A stretch of 64,000 bases of DNA, from NCBI GenBank assembly GCA_964397545.1, contig CAYNIW010000010.1, forward strand, positions 4,687-68,686, read 5' to 3'. Below are positions 18,612 to 26,773 of this stretch, in pieces (position 1 is the stretch's first letter; every line of letters starts with the position of its first letter). The stretch comes from an uncultured Desulfuromonadaceae bacterium (lineage in GTDB: Bacteria > SDB-A). Below the pieces are notes generated by a model, which did not search any database, was not told the origin of the DNA, and saw nothing but the letters and a program-made list of their open reading frames with translations. A program made the position numbers and the translations under genes.

Positions 18612-20305
18612 CTCTTCCCGCCTCGAGAGAGGAAATCAGAGCCCGGTATAAAAACGGCTACGATGTCCTTCTCCTGACAGGCGACGCTTACATAGATCAC
18701 CCGTCGTTCGGAGTCTCGCTCATAGCGAGGCTCCTTGAACGCTCGGGATATAAAACCGCGGTCTTTTCACAGCCCGCTAAAGAGGATCTGAAAAAAATTC
18801 CTTGCCCAAATCTTTTTGTCGGCGTCACCGCCGGCAATCTCGATTCAATTGTTTCAAATTACACCGGGAACAGAAAGATAAGGACGGATGACAAATATTC
18901 CTCCAGAGGCGAACCGTTCAGGACTGACGGGACAAAAAAAAGACCTGACAGGGCTTCAATCGTCTATTCGAACTGGGTCAAGGAAATTTTCAAAGGAATT
19001 CCGCTGGTTCTCGGCGGGCTTGAAGCGTCTCTGAGACGGGCGGCTCATTATGATTTTTACAGCGACAACGTCAGAAAATCAGTTCTCGCGGATTCAAAGG
19101 CGGATATTCTCGTCTTTGGAATGGGGGAACTGCAGATAATCGAAATTGCGAAAAGAATACAAAAAGGCGATTTCGACAGGAAAAACATCCCGGGGACATG
19201 TTATATTTCGAGCGAACCCTCGGGAGAAGAAATCCCTTCTTTCGATGAGGTTTCGACCGACCTCTGTTCTTTTAAGAAATCGCACGTTCTGCTTTCAAAA
19301 AATTCACACCCCGTGTTCGGCGAGACCCTCTGCCAGAGGCAGGACAGCCGTTTTATCGTTTTCAATCCGCCTGCGATGCCTGTGGAAAGCGAATTTCTCG
19401 ATTCTCTATATTCTCTTCCCTATTCGAGAAAAGCTCACGCGTCATGCAGATCAGTTCCGGCTCTTGAAATGATAGCCAATTCAGTCACTTCCCACAGGGG
19501 ATGCCTCGGCTCCTGTTCATTCTGCTCCATACAAATTCACCAGGGGAAAAAAATCGTCTCAAGATCTGAGGATTCAATAATAGATGAAATCGAACGGATA
19601 GCCAGAAATCCCCTTTTCAGAGGCCACATCACGGATGTAGGGGGACCTAGCGCCGACATGTATGGAAGCCGATGTCTGAAGTATCCCGCTGCCGGATGCA
19701 ACGACAGAGAATGTCTCTATCCTGACAAGTGCCCTCACTTGTTATCTTCTCCTGAAAGATACATGTCTCTCCTCGACAGAATCTCATCAATGAAAGCGGT
19801 CAAAAAAGTCAGCGTCGGTTCCGGTTTCAGGCTCGATATAGCCCTTTCCGATGATGCGATCCTGAAAGAAATTTGCCTCAAATACACGAGCGGCATGCTC
19901 AAAGTCGCTCCTGAGCACGTCAGTAAAAATGTCCTCGACCTTATTAAAAAATACAAAACCGGTGTTTTTGAAGATTTCATCACAAGGTTCGAGAGAATCA
20001 AAAGGCAATTCGGACTCCGTGTGGAACTCGTCCCTTATTTCATCCTGTCTCATCCCGGCGAAGGCGAAGCTGAATTCGCTGAACTGCTCCAATTCACAAA
20101 AAAAAGAAATGTTTTCAACAAAGCTTTTCAGGATTTTACGCCTACCCCGATGACGGACTCAACCTGCGCGTATCACACCGGGATAGATCCCTTTCAGGAT
20201 AAAAAGATAAAGACGGAAAAAAGCGGTTCCCTGAGAAACAAAAAAAGAAAATCTTTTTCCAGAAGCGGATTTTTCAGAAAATCAGACGAACCTCATCAGC
20301 TCTAA
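18608..20305 (+). CDS. ygiQ: YgiQ family radical SAM protein (UPF0313)
   Basis: The N-terminus is LLLTGDAYIDHPSFGVSLIARLLE. The radical SAM cluster motif CLGSCSFC (CxxxCxxC) is present and the length is about 565 aa. Confidence 0.8.
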   Translation: MTLPASREEIRARYKNGYDVLLLTGDAYIDHPSFGVSLIARLLERSGYKTAVFSQPAKEDLKKIPCPNLFVGVTAGNLDSIVSNYTGNRKIRTDDKYSSRGEPFRTDGTKKRPDRASIVYSNWVKEIFKGIPLVLGGLEASLRRAAHYDFYSDNVRKSVLADSKADILVFGMGELQIIEIAKRIQKGDFDRKNIPGTCYISSEPSGEEIPSFDEVSTDLCSFKKSHVLLSKNSHPVFGETLCQRQDSRFIVFNPPAMPVESEFLDSLYSLPYSRKAHASCRSVPALEMIANSVTSHRGCLGSCSFCSIQIHQGKKIVSRSEDSIIDEIERIARNPLFRGHITDVGGPSADMYGSRCLKYPAAGCNDRECLYPDKCPHLLSSPERYMSLLDRISSMKAVKKVSVGSGFRLDIALSDDAILKEICLKYTSGMLKVAPEHVSKNVLDLIKKYKTGVFEDFITRFERIKRQFGLRVELVPYFILSHPGEGEAEFAELLQFTKKRNVFNKAFQDFTPTPMTDSTCAYHTGIDPFQDKKIKTEKSGSLRNKKRKSFSRSGFFRKSDEPHQL

Positions 20306-20620
20306 AGTGTTCCCCGCCGGATCAGCGGCATAGAAGTGATAGACTCCATGTTTGGCGCTCTCTTTGGGTTCTGTAATGGCGTATCCAGCTTCCTTGAATT
20401 TCAGATACAGCCCGTCCACATCCTCGACGTCGAATGACACGAGACACCCCCCGGAAGCCGTGTCCTCTCCCTGTGCCCTGCAGTATCCTAGTCCAGAAAT
20501 TCCGGAGTCATCGAGAAATATCTCGCAATTCCCGCTTTTTTTGAAAGAGACAAAGCCGAGGATTTTTGACGCGAACTCACAGCATTTTTCAAATTCGTCA
20601 ACTTTGAAATATACTATCAT
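20282..20620 (-). CDS. VOC (glyoxalase/bleomycin-resistance) family protein
   Basis: It has a small betaalphabetabetabeta module. I prefer the start MIVYFKV because the track start overlaps the upstream gene. Confidence 0.5.
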   Translation of the reverse strand: MIVYFKVDEFEKCCEFASKILGFVSFKKSGNCEIFLDDSGISGLGYCRAQGEDTASGGCLVSFDVEDVDGLYLKFKEAGYAITEPKESAKHGVYHFYAADPAGNTLELMRFV

Positions 20621-21026
20621 CTTTTTGGTTTTCATCGGAAACACTCCTCTGAGATGCGCTTTGCGCCTTGATCCCGTATAATACGCTTATTACCGCTCCG
20701 GCTATCAGAAGTGACCATTCGAAAACCCTCAGCGAACCCCAGAGAGGTATCGGTGGAGCGTTTTCGAGCCCCTGATACATAGCCGCTCTCGCCGCCGAGA
20801 CATCCGCGATCACGTGGAAGACATAGACGACAAGCGCTGATGCGAAACCGAGAAATATATACAGAGCCGATAAAACCTTATTTTTTTGAGGACTTTGTTC
20901 TTTTTTAGCCTTTAACAATCTCACCGCTCCCCACACTGCTCCCGCCAGAAGAATAACTAAATAGACAGTTTCTCTCCACGTCACTACTTTTCCGAACCAC
21001 CACATGGGCTTCCTCCTTGTCTCCAA
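20598..21026 (-). CDS. Integral membrane protein, function unknown
   Basis: It has four predicted TM helices and no recognisable motif. Confidence 0.4.
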   Translation of the reverse strand: METRRKPMWWFGKVVTWRETVYLVILLAGAVWGAVRLLKAKKEQSPQKNKVLSALYIFLGFASALVVYVFHVIADVSAARAAMYQGLENAPPIPLWGSLRVFEWSLLIAGAVISVLYGIKAQSASQRSVSDENQKDDSIFQS

Positions 21027-21652
21027 CCTCTTATTCCTATCAAAGGAACAAAAACACAGCCGAATTTTCTGTTGACATGATAACCTTCTTTTTTCTTCGT
21101 AACAACGACTAATTCCTGAAAGCCTATAGATCCAACCGGTATCACGAGTCTTCCGTTCTCTTTCAACTGAACGAGCAAAGCCTCCGGTATGTCCGGACAG
21201 CCGGCGGTGACAATTACTCCGTCAAAAGGACCCATCTCTGGCCAACCTACCGAACCGTCGCCGACTCTGACGTTTATATTTTTGTAACCGAGTTCTTCGA
21301 ATCTTCTTTTGGCGTCTTCGGCTAGTTCAGGAATACGCTCTATAGTATATACCTTGTCGACGAGTTCCGCCAGAACAGCCGCCTGATAGCCGCTTCCTGT
21401 TCCGATTTCAAGGACTACGCTGTTTTTCTGAGGTTCGAGAAGCTCTGTCATCTTCGCCACCATGTAAGGCTGGGATATTGTTTGATTCTTGCCTATCGGA
21501 AGAGGGCTGTCATCGTATGCTCTAGGCCTGAAATCATCTCCGACAAAAAAATGCCGGGGAACATTGAGCATCGCCCTCAATACTTCAGGATTTTTTACGG
21601 GGTCTTCTTTTTTCTGCAGTAATTTCACCATAGTCTCTCTCGAAATTCTCAA
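20984..21652 (-). CDS. pcm: Protein-L-isoaspartate O-methyltransferase
   Basis: It has TISQPYMVA and the SAM-binding VLEIGTGSGYQAA, and it lies immediately downstream of surE. Confidence 0.85.
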   Translation of the reverse strand: MRISRETMVKLLQKKEDPVKNPEVLRAMLNVPRHFFVGDDFRPRAYDDSPLPIGKNQTISQPYMVAKMTELLEPQKNSVVLEIGTGSGYQAAVLAELVDKVYTIERIPELAEDAKRRFEELGYKNINVRVGDGSVGWPEMGPFDGVIVTAGCPDIPEALLVQLKENGRLVIPVGSIGFQELVVVTKKKEGYHVNRKFGCVFVPLIGIRGWRQGGSPCGGSEK

Positions 21653-22389
21653 TTTGCATCTCCGGCGATAATTCTTTCCATTTTTGACGCCAGATCGGAA
21701 TCGAAAAGATTTCCTACCTTAAATGGCGTAAGAGACGGACTCCCCGACTCGACGGCGCATATATCGCTTCCTTCCTCGAAATCCCAAAGCGGTTTGTCTC
21801 CGGAAAGCCAGTAATACGGCCTTCCCATGGGATCATACCTCGGCTCTATTGTGCCGTTGTATTTTCTGTGCCCCATAAAAGTTATCTTTATCCTGTCCGA
21901 ACTCGGCCCGTTCGGGACATTCAAATTCCAAAGGCCTCCGAGCCCGAATATTTTGGGTATGATTTTTTTTGCGACATCTCCGCTGACGAGAAAATTTTCA
22001 TAATCTTTAGTATATTCATTAGACACTGCAAGAGAAGGTATTCCCGACAGGGAAGCTTCGGCGGCGGCCGCAAATGTCCCCGAATAGAGGATGTCCTCGC
22101 CTATATTGTATCCCGCATTTATTCCCGATACAACTATATCCGGTTCAGGACAAAGTCCCGCCCTGAGAGCGAGGACTATGCAGTCGGTAGGAGTCCCTGA
22201 GACGGAATATATGTTTTTCCCTTTTTTTCTGACGAGGACAGGTTTTCTCAGAGTGATACCGTGGCTTGAGGCGCTCTGCTCCTCTTCCGGCGCGACAACA
22301 GTCAATTCCCCGAAATTTTCCAAAGATTTCATAAGAGCGGAAAGCCCCGGGGCGTCAATGCCGTCGTCGTTAGTCAAGAGTATTTTCAT
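21649..22389 (-). CDS. surE: 5'/3'-nucleotidase SurE
   Basis: The N-terminus is MKILLTNDDGIDAPGL and the SurE fold runs throughout. surE-pcm synteny supports the call. Confidence 0.9.
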   Translation of the reverse strand: MKILLTNDDGIDAPGLSALMKSLENFGELTVVAPEEEQSASSHGITLRKPVLVRKKGKNIYSVSGTPTDCIVLALRAGLCPEPDIVVSGINAGYNIGEDILYSGTFAAAAEASLSGIPSLAVSNEYTKDYENFLVSGDVAKKIIPKIFGLGGLWNLNVPNGPSSDRIKITFMGHRKYNGTIEPRYDPMGRPYYWLSGDKPLWDFEEGSDICAVESGSPSLTPFKVGNLFDSDLASKMERIIAGDAN

Positions 22390-23106
22390 TCAGCTCTCTG
22401 CAATAAACATTGTTATGAGTTTAAGGAATCTCAACGTGTCCACTGCCGGGTTGATATGACTGACCTCATCGCCGTAGTGAGTTGAGACATCTACTTCCCT
22501 TATTTCCGATTTTTTTCTCGCTGACCTTATGAGGATTTCGGTTTCCGCCTGAAATCTCCGGGTTTTGATGCGAATTTCTTTGAATATGCCGCATGATAGA
22601 TATCTAAACCCGCATTGAGAATCTTTTATTCTCTTTTTTGAAAGTATTGAACACACGAGGGAGGTTGATCTGTTGGAAAAAATTCTCGGCAGAGGCATGT
22701 CCTTCAAGCAGAATTTTCTGACTCCGATGATGACACAGTCAAAGTTTTTTCCAAGTGCTTTGAGAAAAACGGATATTTCATCGGGAATATGCTGTCCGTC
22801 CCCGTCCATCAAAAGGGCTCCTTTAAAACCTTCAGCCGCCGCCCAGTTCATCCCTCTGATAATTGAAGCTCCTTTTCCCATGTTTTTTTCAGACCTCAGA
22901 ACAACAGCGCCTTGTTCTTTCGCCTTGGATGAAGTCAAATCCGTCGAAGCGTCGTCAACAACACACACCGTTAAATTGTAGAGATCCCTTACTCTCCTCA
23001 CTATGCCGCCTATTGCGGCTTCTTCGTTAAAGGCCGGAATTACGACCGCCACTTCACGCGAAAAATCTTCTGTAAAAATACCATTGCTCAGGGTATTTTC
23101 TGACAT
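22390..23106 (-). CDS. GT2 family glycosyltransferase (dolichyl-phosphate mannosyltransferase-like)
   Basis: It has VVIPAFNEE, the DxD region VVDDASTD, and MDGDGQH. I chose the start at Met8 to limit overlap with the downstream gene. Confidence 0.7.
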   Translation of the reverse strand: MSENTLSNGIFTEDFSREVAVVIPAFNEEAAIGGIVRRVRDLYNLTVCVVDDASTDLTSSKAKEQGAVVLRSEKNMGKGASIIRGMNWAAAEGFKGALLMDGDGQHIPDEISVFLKALGKNFDCVIIGVRKFCLKDMPLPRIFSNRSTSLVCSILSKKRIKDSQCGFRYLSCGIFKEIRIKTRRFQAETEILIRSARKKSEIREVDVSTHYGDEVSHINPAVDTLRFLKLITMFIAES

Positions 23107-23908
23107 AATATTCGTAGATCCGGGCATAAATGTTCAAAAGCTCTCTCTCTGCATCGCTGCATTCATTTAACTCTTTTGTATTAAACGGTCCGTGAACATA
23201 GACAATATATTTACCATTTTCCCCTTTCAAAGCAAAAGGAAAAACTGCCCAATCGAAGAATCTCAGCGCGAGCTTGAAAGTAGTTCCGGAAAGAAAAACG
23301 TCTTTATCAAACATTGTTGTCCTGACTGGTTTTCCGAAAGAACTCCTGTCGGCGAGGACTGCGAGAATCCCCGGTGAAGGATTGTTTTTCAGAAAGTATA
23401 ATACTTTTTCCGGAAAAATGCTTTCTACTCCGTTTTGAGCTCTTTTGGCTATGAAGTATTCAGTGTCTCCTCTTAAAAAATGCTTTGCGGCGACAGCTCT
23501 TGTGGGGTGACCGAGAACCGTTCCGAATTTTCCGAGAAGTTCCCAGTTGCCTATATGGCCGCTGAGAGCCGCCACGCTTTCTCCCCTTTCGAGCAGTCTT
23601 CGGACCGCATCTAAACCTTCGCCCTCCGCGTCAATGAAAAGTTCCGGGACTTTATTTGTGTTCATAAGAAATCCTGTCAGATTATCCGCGAAATTATAAA
23701 AGTTTATTTCCGCTATCTCCTTGATACGGCGGTCCCAAGAATTCCCCCCTAAAACTTGGGAAAGATTTTCCAGGAGACAGTTTAAATTACCGCGCATGAA
23801 AAAGCGGAAAGCTGCGGCGGTTTTTTCCTCAGCCATCCTGGATTTTTCTGGGGCCGTGGACAAGAGCATTTCAGCCCAGCGGTAAAGAGATATTTTCATT
23901 CGACTCAC
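23054..23908 (-). CDS. Lipid A biosynthesis (Kdo2-lipid IVA) acyltransferase, LpxL/HtrB family
   Basis: It carries the LPLAT HxxxxD/E-type motif LSGHIGNWEL, and its size and hydrophobic N-terminus fit LpxL. Confidence 0.6.
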   Translation of the reverse strand: MSRMKISLYRWAEMLLSTAPEKSRMAEEKTAAAFRFFMRGNLNCLLENLSQVLGGNSWDRRIKEIAEINFYNFADNLTGFLMNTNKVPELFIDAEGEGLDAVRRLLERGESVAALSGHIGNWELLGKFGTVLGHPTRAVAAKHFLRGDTEYFIAKRAQNGVESIFPEKVLYFLKNNPSPGILAVLADRSSFGKPVRTTMFDKDVFLSGTTFKLALRFFDWAVFPFALKGENGKYIVYVHGPFNTKELNECSDAERELLNIYARIYEYYVRKYPEQWYFYRRFFA

Positions 23909-23982
23909 AGTTTGATTCCCTGAACATTGAGGTTGACATTTATAGATTATGACATAACATCAACCAAATTTGGAGAAAGTAT

Positions 23983-25386
23983 ATGGAAAAAAAGAGGACA
24001 AAACAGAGCGCTTCCATAGTGAAGATATCCTTCTCCGAGGGCGTGTTCGCCCAGATATTCTCTTCCCTATCCGCTCCCGGCAGTATTTTTATAACAAAGT
24101 TTGCAATATTTCTCGGCGCGGGACCATTCTATTTCGGGCTTCTGACAGCGATAGGACAAATTTCACAGCTCTTTCAGCCTATCGGCTATATTTTGACGAG
24201 AAAACTGACGACGAGAAAGGCTGTCCTCGTAAAAATGCTGTTATTCAGCAGAGCTTCTTGTCTTCTTTTTGCCGTCCTGCCTTTTGTATTCTCCGGCGTT
24301 GAGGCGAGAATAGTTTTCGCCCTCTTGTTTTTCGCCGTCACTGCCGTTCAAGCCGCCGCGGGTAATATATGGATTTCATGGATAGCCGACCTAATACCCG
24401 AGAGAATCAGGGGAAGATTTTTTTCTTACAGAACGCAATTTCTGATGGTTACCGCTCTTTTGACAGGTTTTGTCTTCAGTATTTTTTTCGATATGTTCGA
24501 ATCACAGGATGTTGTTTTCGAATCTTTCAGAAAAAATTTATTTTTTCTCTCTTTCTTCAGAAAAGAAAATCTAACAGCGGCTTTCGCCGTAATATTCTCC
24601 CTTTCCGCTTTTTCGGGTATCGCCAGCGCTATAATATTATCCAAGCAGTTGGAAAAACCGAAAAAACTTTACGGGGAAAAGCTTAAAGAAACCCTCGCCT
24701 CGCCGTTTCGTGATTCTAACTTTATCAAACTCGTCATTTTCGCGACATGGTTCACTCTCGCCATCGGCATCGGGTCGCCTTTCTGGGCGCCTTTCATGAT
24801 CCAGAAACTCAAAATGAATCTTTTTCTCATACAGATATACGGAACCGTCAGTGTTTTAGCTTCGGTTATATCTCTGAGATATTGGGGCCGTTTTATTGAC
24901 AGATTCGGCAACAAAACTACCATGAGGATAACTATTATTTTGGGCGGCATTAATCCTTTTGTCTGGGTTTTTCTCAACCAAAACAATTTCTGGATCGTCT
25001 ATTTCGAAGGAATTACATCCGGCATAATGTGGTCGGCGACGAACGTAATATTCACAAATTTCGTTTTGTCTATATCACCACAGGGCAAAAACCAGATTTA
25101 TTCGGGGATTTTCGGAGCTTTCACAGCCGCGGGAATAGTGGTCAGCGCGCTTCTCTCTGGAATTTTCATGCCACCGGCGATCAAAAACGCTTTTGTTCAA
25201 ATAGAACCTGAGCAGATACTTTTCGCCGCGACAGGTTTTTTGAGGTGGACGGCTGAAATCCCCCTCTCGTGGGTAAAAGAACCCCGCTCTAAACCCCTTG
25301 GTTTCGCTTTGCTGTATATGATGTCTTCTATTAAGATGAAAATAATCAACATGGGTCTTCTTTTGAGGACATTCGCCTCGAGATAA
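23983..25386 (+). CDS. MFS transporter
   Basis: It has twelve predicted TM helices with a two-times-six organisation. Confidence 0.6.
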   Translation: MEKKRTKQSASIVKISFSEGVFAQIFSSLSAPGSIFITKFAIFLGAGPFYFGLLTAIGQISQLFQPIGYILTRKLTTRKAVLVKMLLFSRASCLLFAVLPFVFSGVEARIVFALLFFAVTAVQAAAGNIWISWIADLIPERIRGRFFSYRTQFLMVTALLTGFVFSIFFDMFESQDVVFESFRKNLFFLSFFRKENLTAAFAVIFSLSAFSGIASAIILSKQLEKPKKLYGEKLKETLASPFRDSNFIKLVIFATWFTLAIGIGSPFWAPFMIQKLKMNLFLIQIYGTVSVLASVISLRYWGRFIDRFGNKTTMRITIILGGINPFVWVFLNQNNFWIVYFEGITSGIMWSATNVIFTNFVLSISPQGKNQIYSGIFGAFTAAGIVVSALLSGIFMPPAIKNAFVQIEPEQILFAATGFLRWTAEIPLSWVKEPRSKPLGFALLYMMSSIKMKIINMGLLLRTFASR

Positions 25387-25432
25387 TTTTATACCCCCCC
25401 TTTATGGGTTCGAACCAATTAATATAAAGAAT

Positions 25433-25462
25433 TTGACATAAAATCCTGTCTTTCTGTATTAT
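25433..25462 (+). promoter_or_regulatory. Candidate strong sigma70-type promoter
   Basis: TTGACA, then an 18-nt spacer, then TATTAT. About 20 nt downstream are the RBS AAGGAGG and ATG 25485. Confidence 0.35.
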
Positions 25463-25484
25463 ATAAGGTAAAAAAGGAGGACAA

Positions 25485-26540
25485 ATGATTCGAAAAAGCC
25501 TTTTATGTTTTTTGTTGGCATTTATAACAATACTGCCGCTGTCGGGAGCTATCCGCAAACCTCTTTTAGAAATCCACAGCGGAGCCAATTGAGGGGGCTG
25601 TGCCTCATCTGCAGGTCTGCAGAACACTTTCATAGTTAACAACTAGGACAGCCTTTCCGCCCTGAAATATTACCTGTATTCCACAGAACCTCTTTACAGC
25701 CCGGACGGCTGGGGCAGGTTCCAGTTCTACGGCGGAACAGTCATACCGAGAGCAAACATGGATGGCGGTGCGATGTTCTCGCCTACATCCATTACAGCCT
25801 TAAATTCAGCCTATGTTTCCGCTATGGCGGTTCCATGCCATGTCGAAATCCTTCTTCAGGGGACGGCTGAACCCGACCTGATGTCAGGGACTCTCGGCGT
25901 GACTGTAATTGCAGAGCAGGAGCCGGGAGCGAGTCCATATTACCTTTATGTAGCCGCTTGTTCACACCTCGTCCCTTACGGTTACAGTAATTTTTCTGAA
26001 TTTCACTATCCTCTGAGAAAAATGTATCCCAACTTCAACGGGACGCTCGTCACTTTCTCGGGGGTATATCCGGAAACCCTGGAGTTTAATATTCCTTTCA
26101 CCTTCAGCGCTTCATGGTGGCACCTCGAACCGGACGACATCTATTTTGCCGTATGGCTCCAGACAAACAAAACGGGAGACAAACAGATTCACCAGAGCGA
26201 GAACATCGAGATAACAACATTCAATTCTGTCGAGGAAACGCCTTCTCCCGTCGTCTCTTCGGGGGTTTTCGCCCTTGGAATTCCTTATCCGAATCCGTTC
26301 ACCTCTGTTTCATTCGTTCCGGTTTTCGTTGAAAAACCAGCTGTGATGTCCTTAAAAATCTTCGACCTCACAGGCAGAGCCGTAAGAGAGCTGTCTTTGG
26401 GATCTCTCGTCGAAAACGACCTTGTTTTAGAATGGGACGGCAAAGACGACTCCGGCGCCGAACTCAATGCCGGCATTTACAGGATAGAACTCACAGGCGA
26501 TGGGTTCAAAGACTCCAAAACAGTCATAAAAATAAAATAA
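25485..26540 (+). pseudogene. T9SS C-terminal-domain cargo protein gene interrupted by two in-frame stop codons
   Basis: The signal-peptide ORF MIRKSLLCFLLAFITILPLSGAIRKPLLEIHSGAN ends at TGA 25590-25592. The same frame continues through GGCASSAGLQNTFIVNN, then TAG 25644-25646, then DSLSALKYYLYSTEPLYSPDGWGRFQFYGG... into the track ORF 25758..26540. That ORF has no signal peptide of its own and ends in a Por_Secre_tail-like CTD (LKIFDLTGRAVREL...GIYRIEL...KIK). Confidence 0.45.
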
Positions 26541-26549
26541 GATTCAAAA

Positions 26550-26590
26550 GGGGAGTTGAAAAAACTCCCCACTTTCATAAAAATTTTTCA
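26550..26590 (+). terminator. Intrinsic terminator after the T9SS cargo gene
   Basis: A GGGGAGTT-gaaaaa-AACTCCCC hairpin is followed by a T-rich tract. Confidence 0.45.
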
Positions 26591-26608
26591 AAAAAAACTT
26601 GACATTTT

Positions 26609-26637
26609 TAGATTTTCGTTCAATTATCCTCAGTTAA
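26609..26637 (+). promoter_or_regulatory. Candidate promoter for the ABC exporter operon, with a leader of about 135 nt
   Basis: TTGACA, then 17 nt, then AATTAT. Between this promoter and ATG 26774 lies a structured-looking leader with hairpins. Confidence 0.3.
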
Positions 26638-26773
26638 CTCAATCGGTGAGGTGAAGATGATTTTGACCATAAATACTGCTTTATAGCTTCCAGAGTCGTT
26701 CCCGCTCAGGCGGAGGGCAGTTTCCAACAAAAATAAAAACGATGCGACGCGTTGATGCAGAGGGTTATATATT

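Noticed and set aside
25590-25646. Alternative genetic code or selenocysteine recoding as the explanation for the in-frame TGA and TAG
   Set aside because: Many other genes in the window terminate cleanly at TGA or TAG with proper gene packing. Two different stop codons would both need recoding. A pseudogene or sequence error is more parsimonious, and this was kept as a finding instead.
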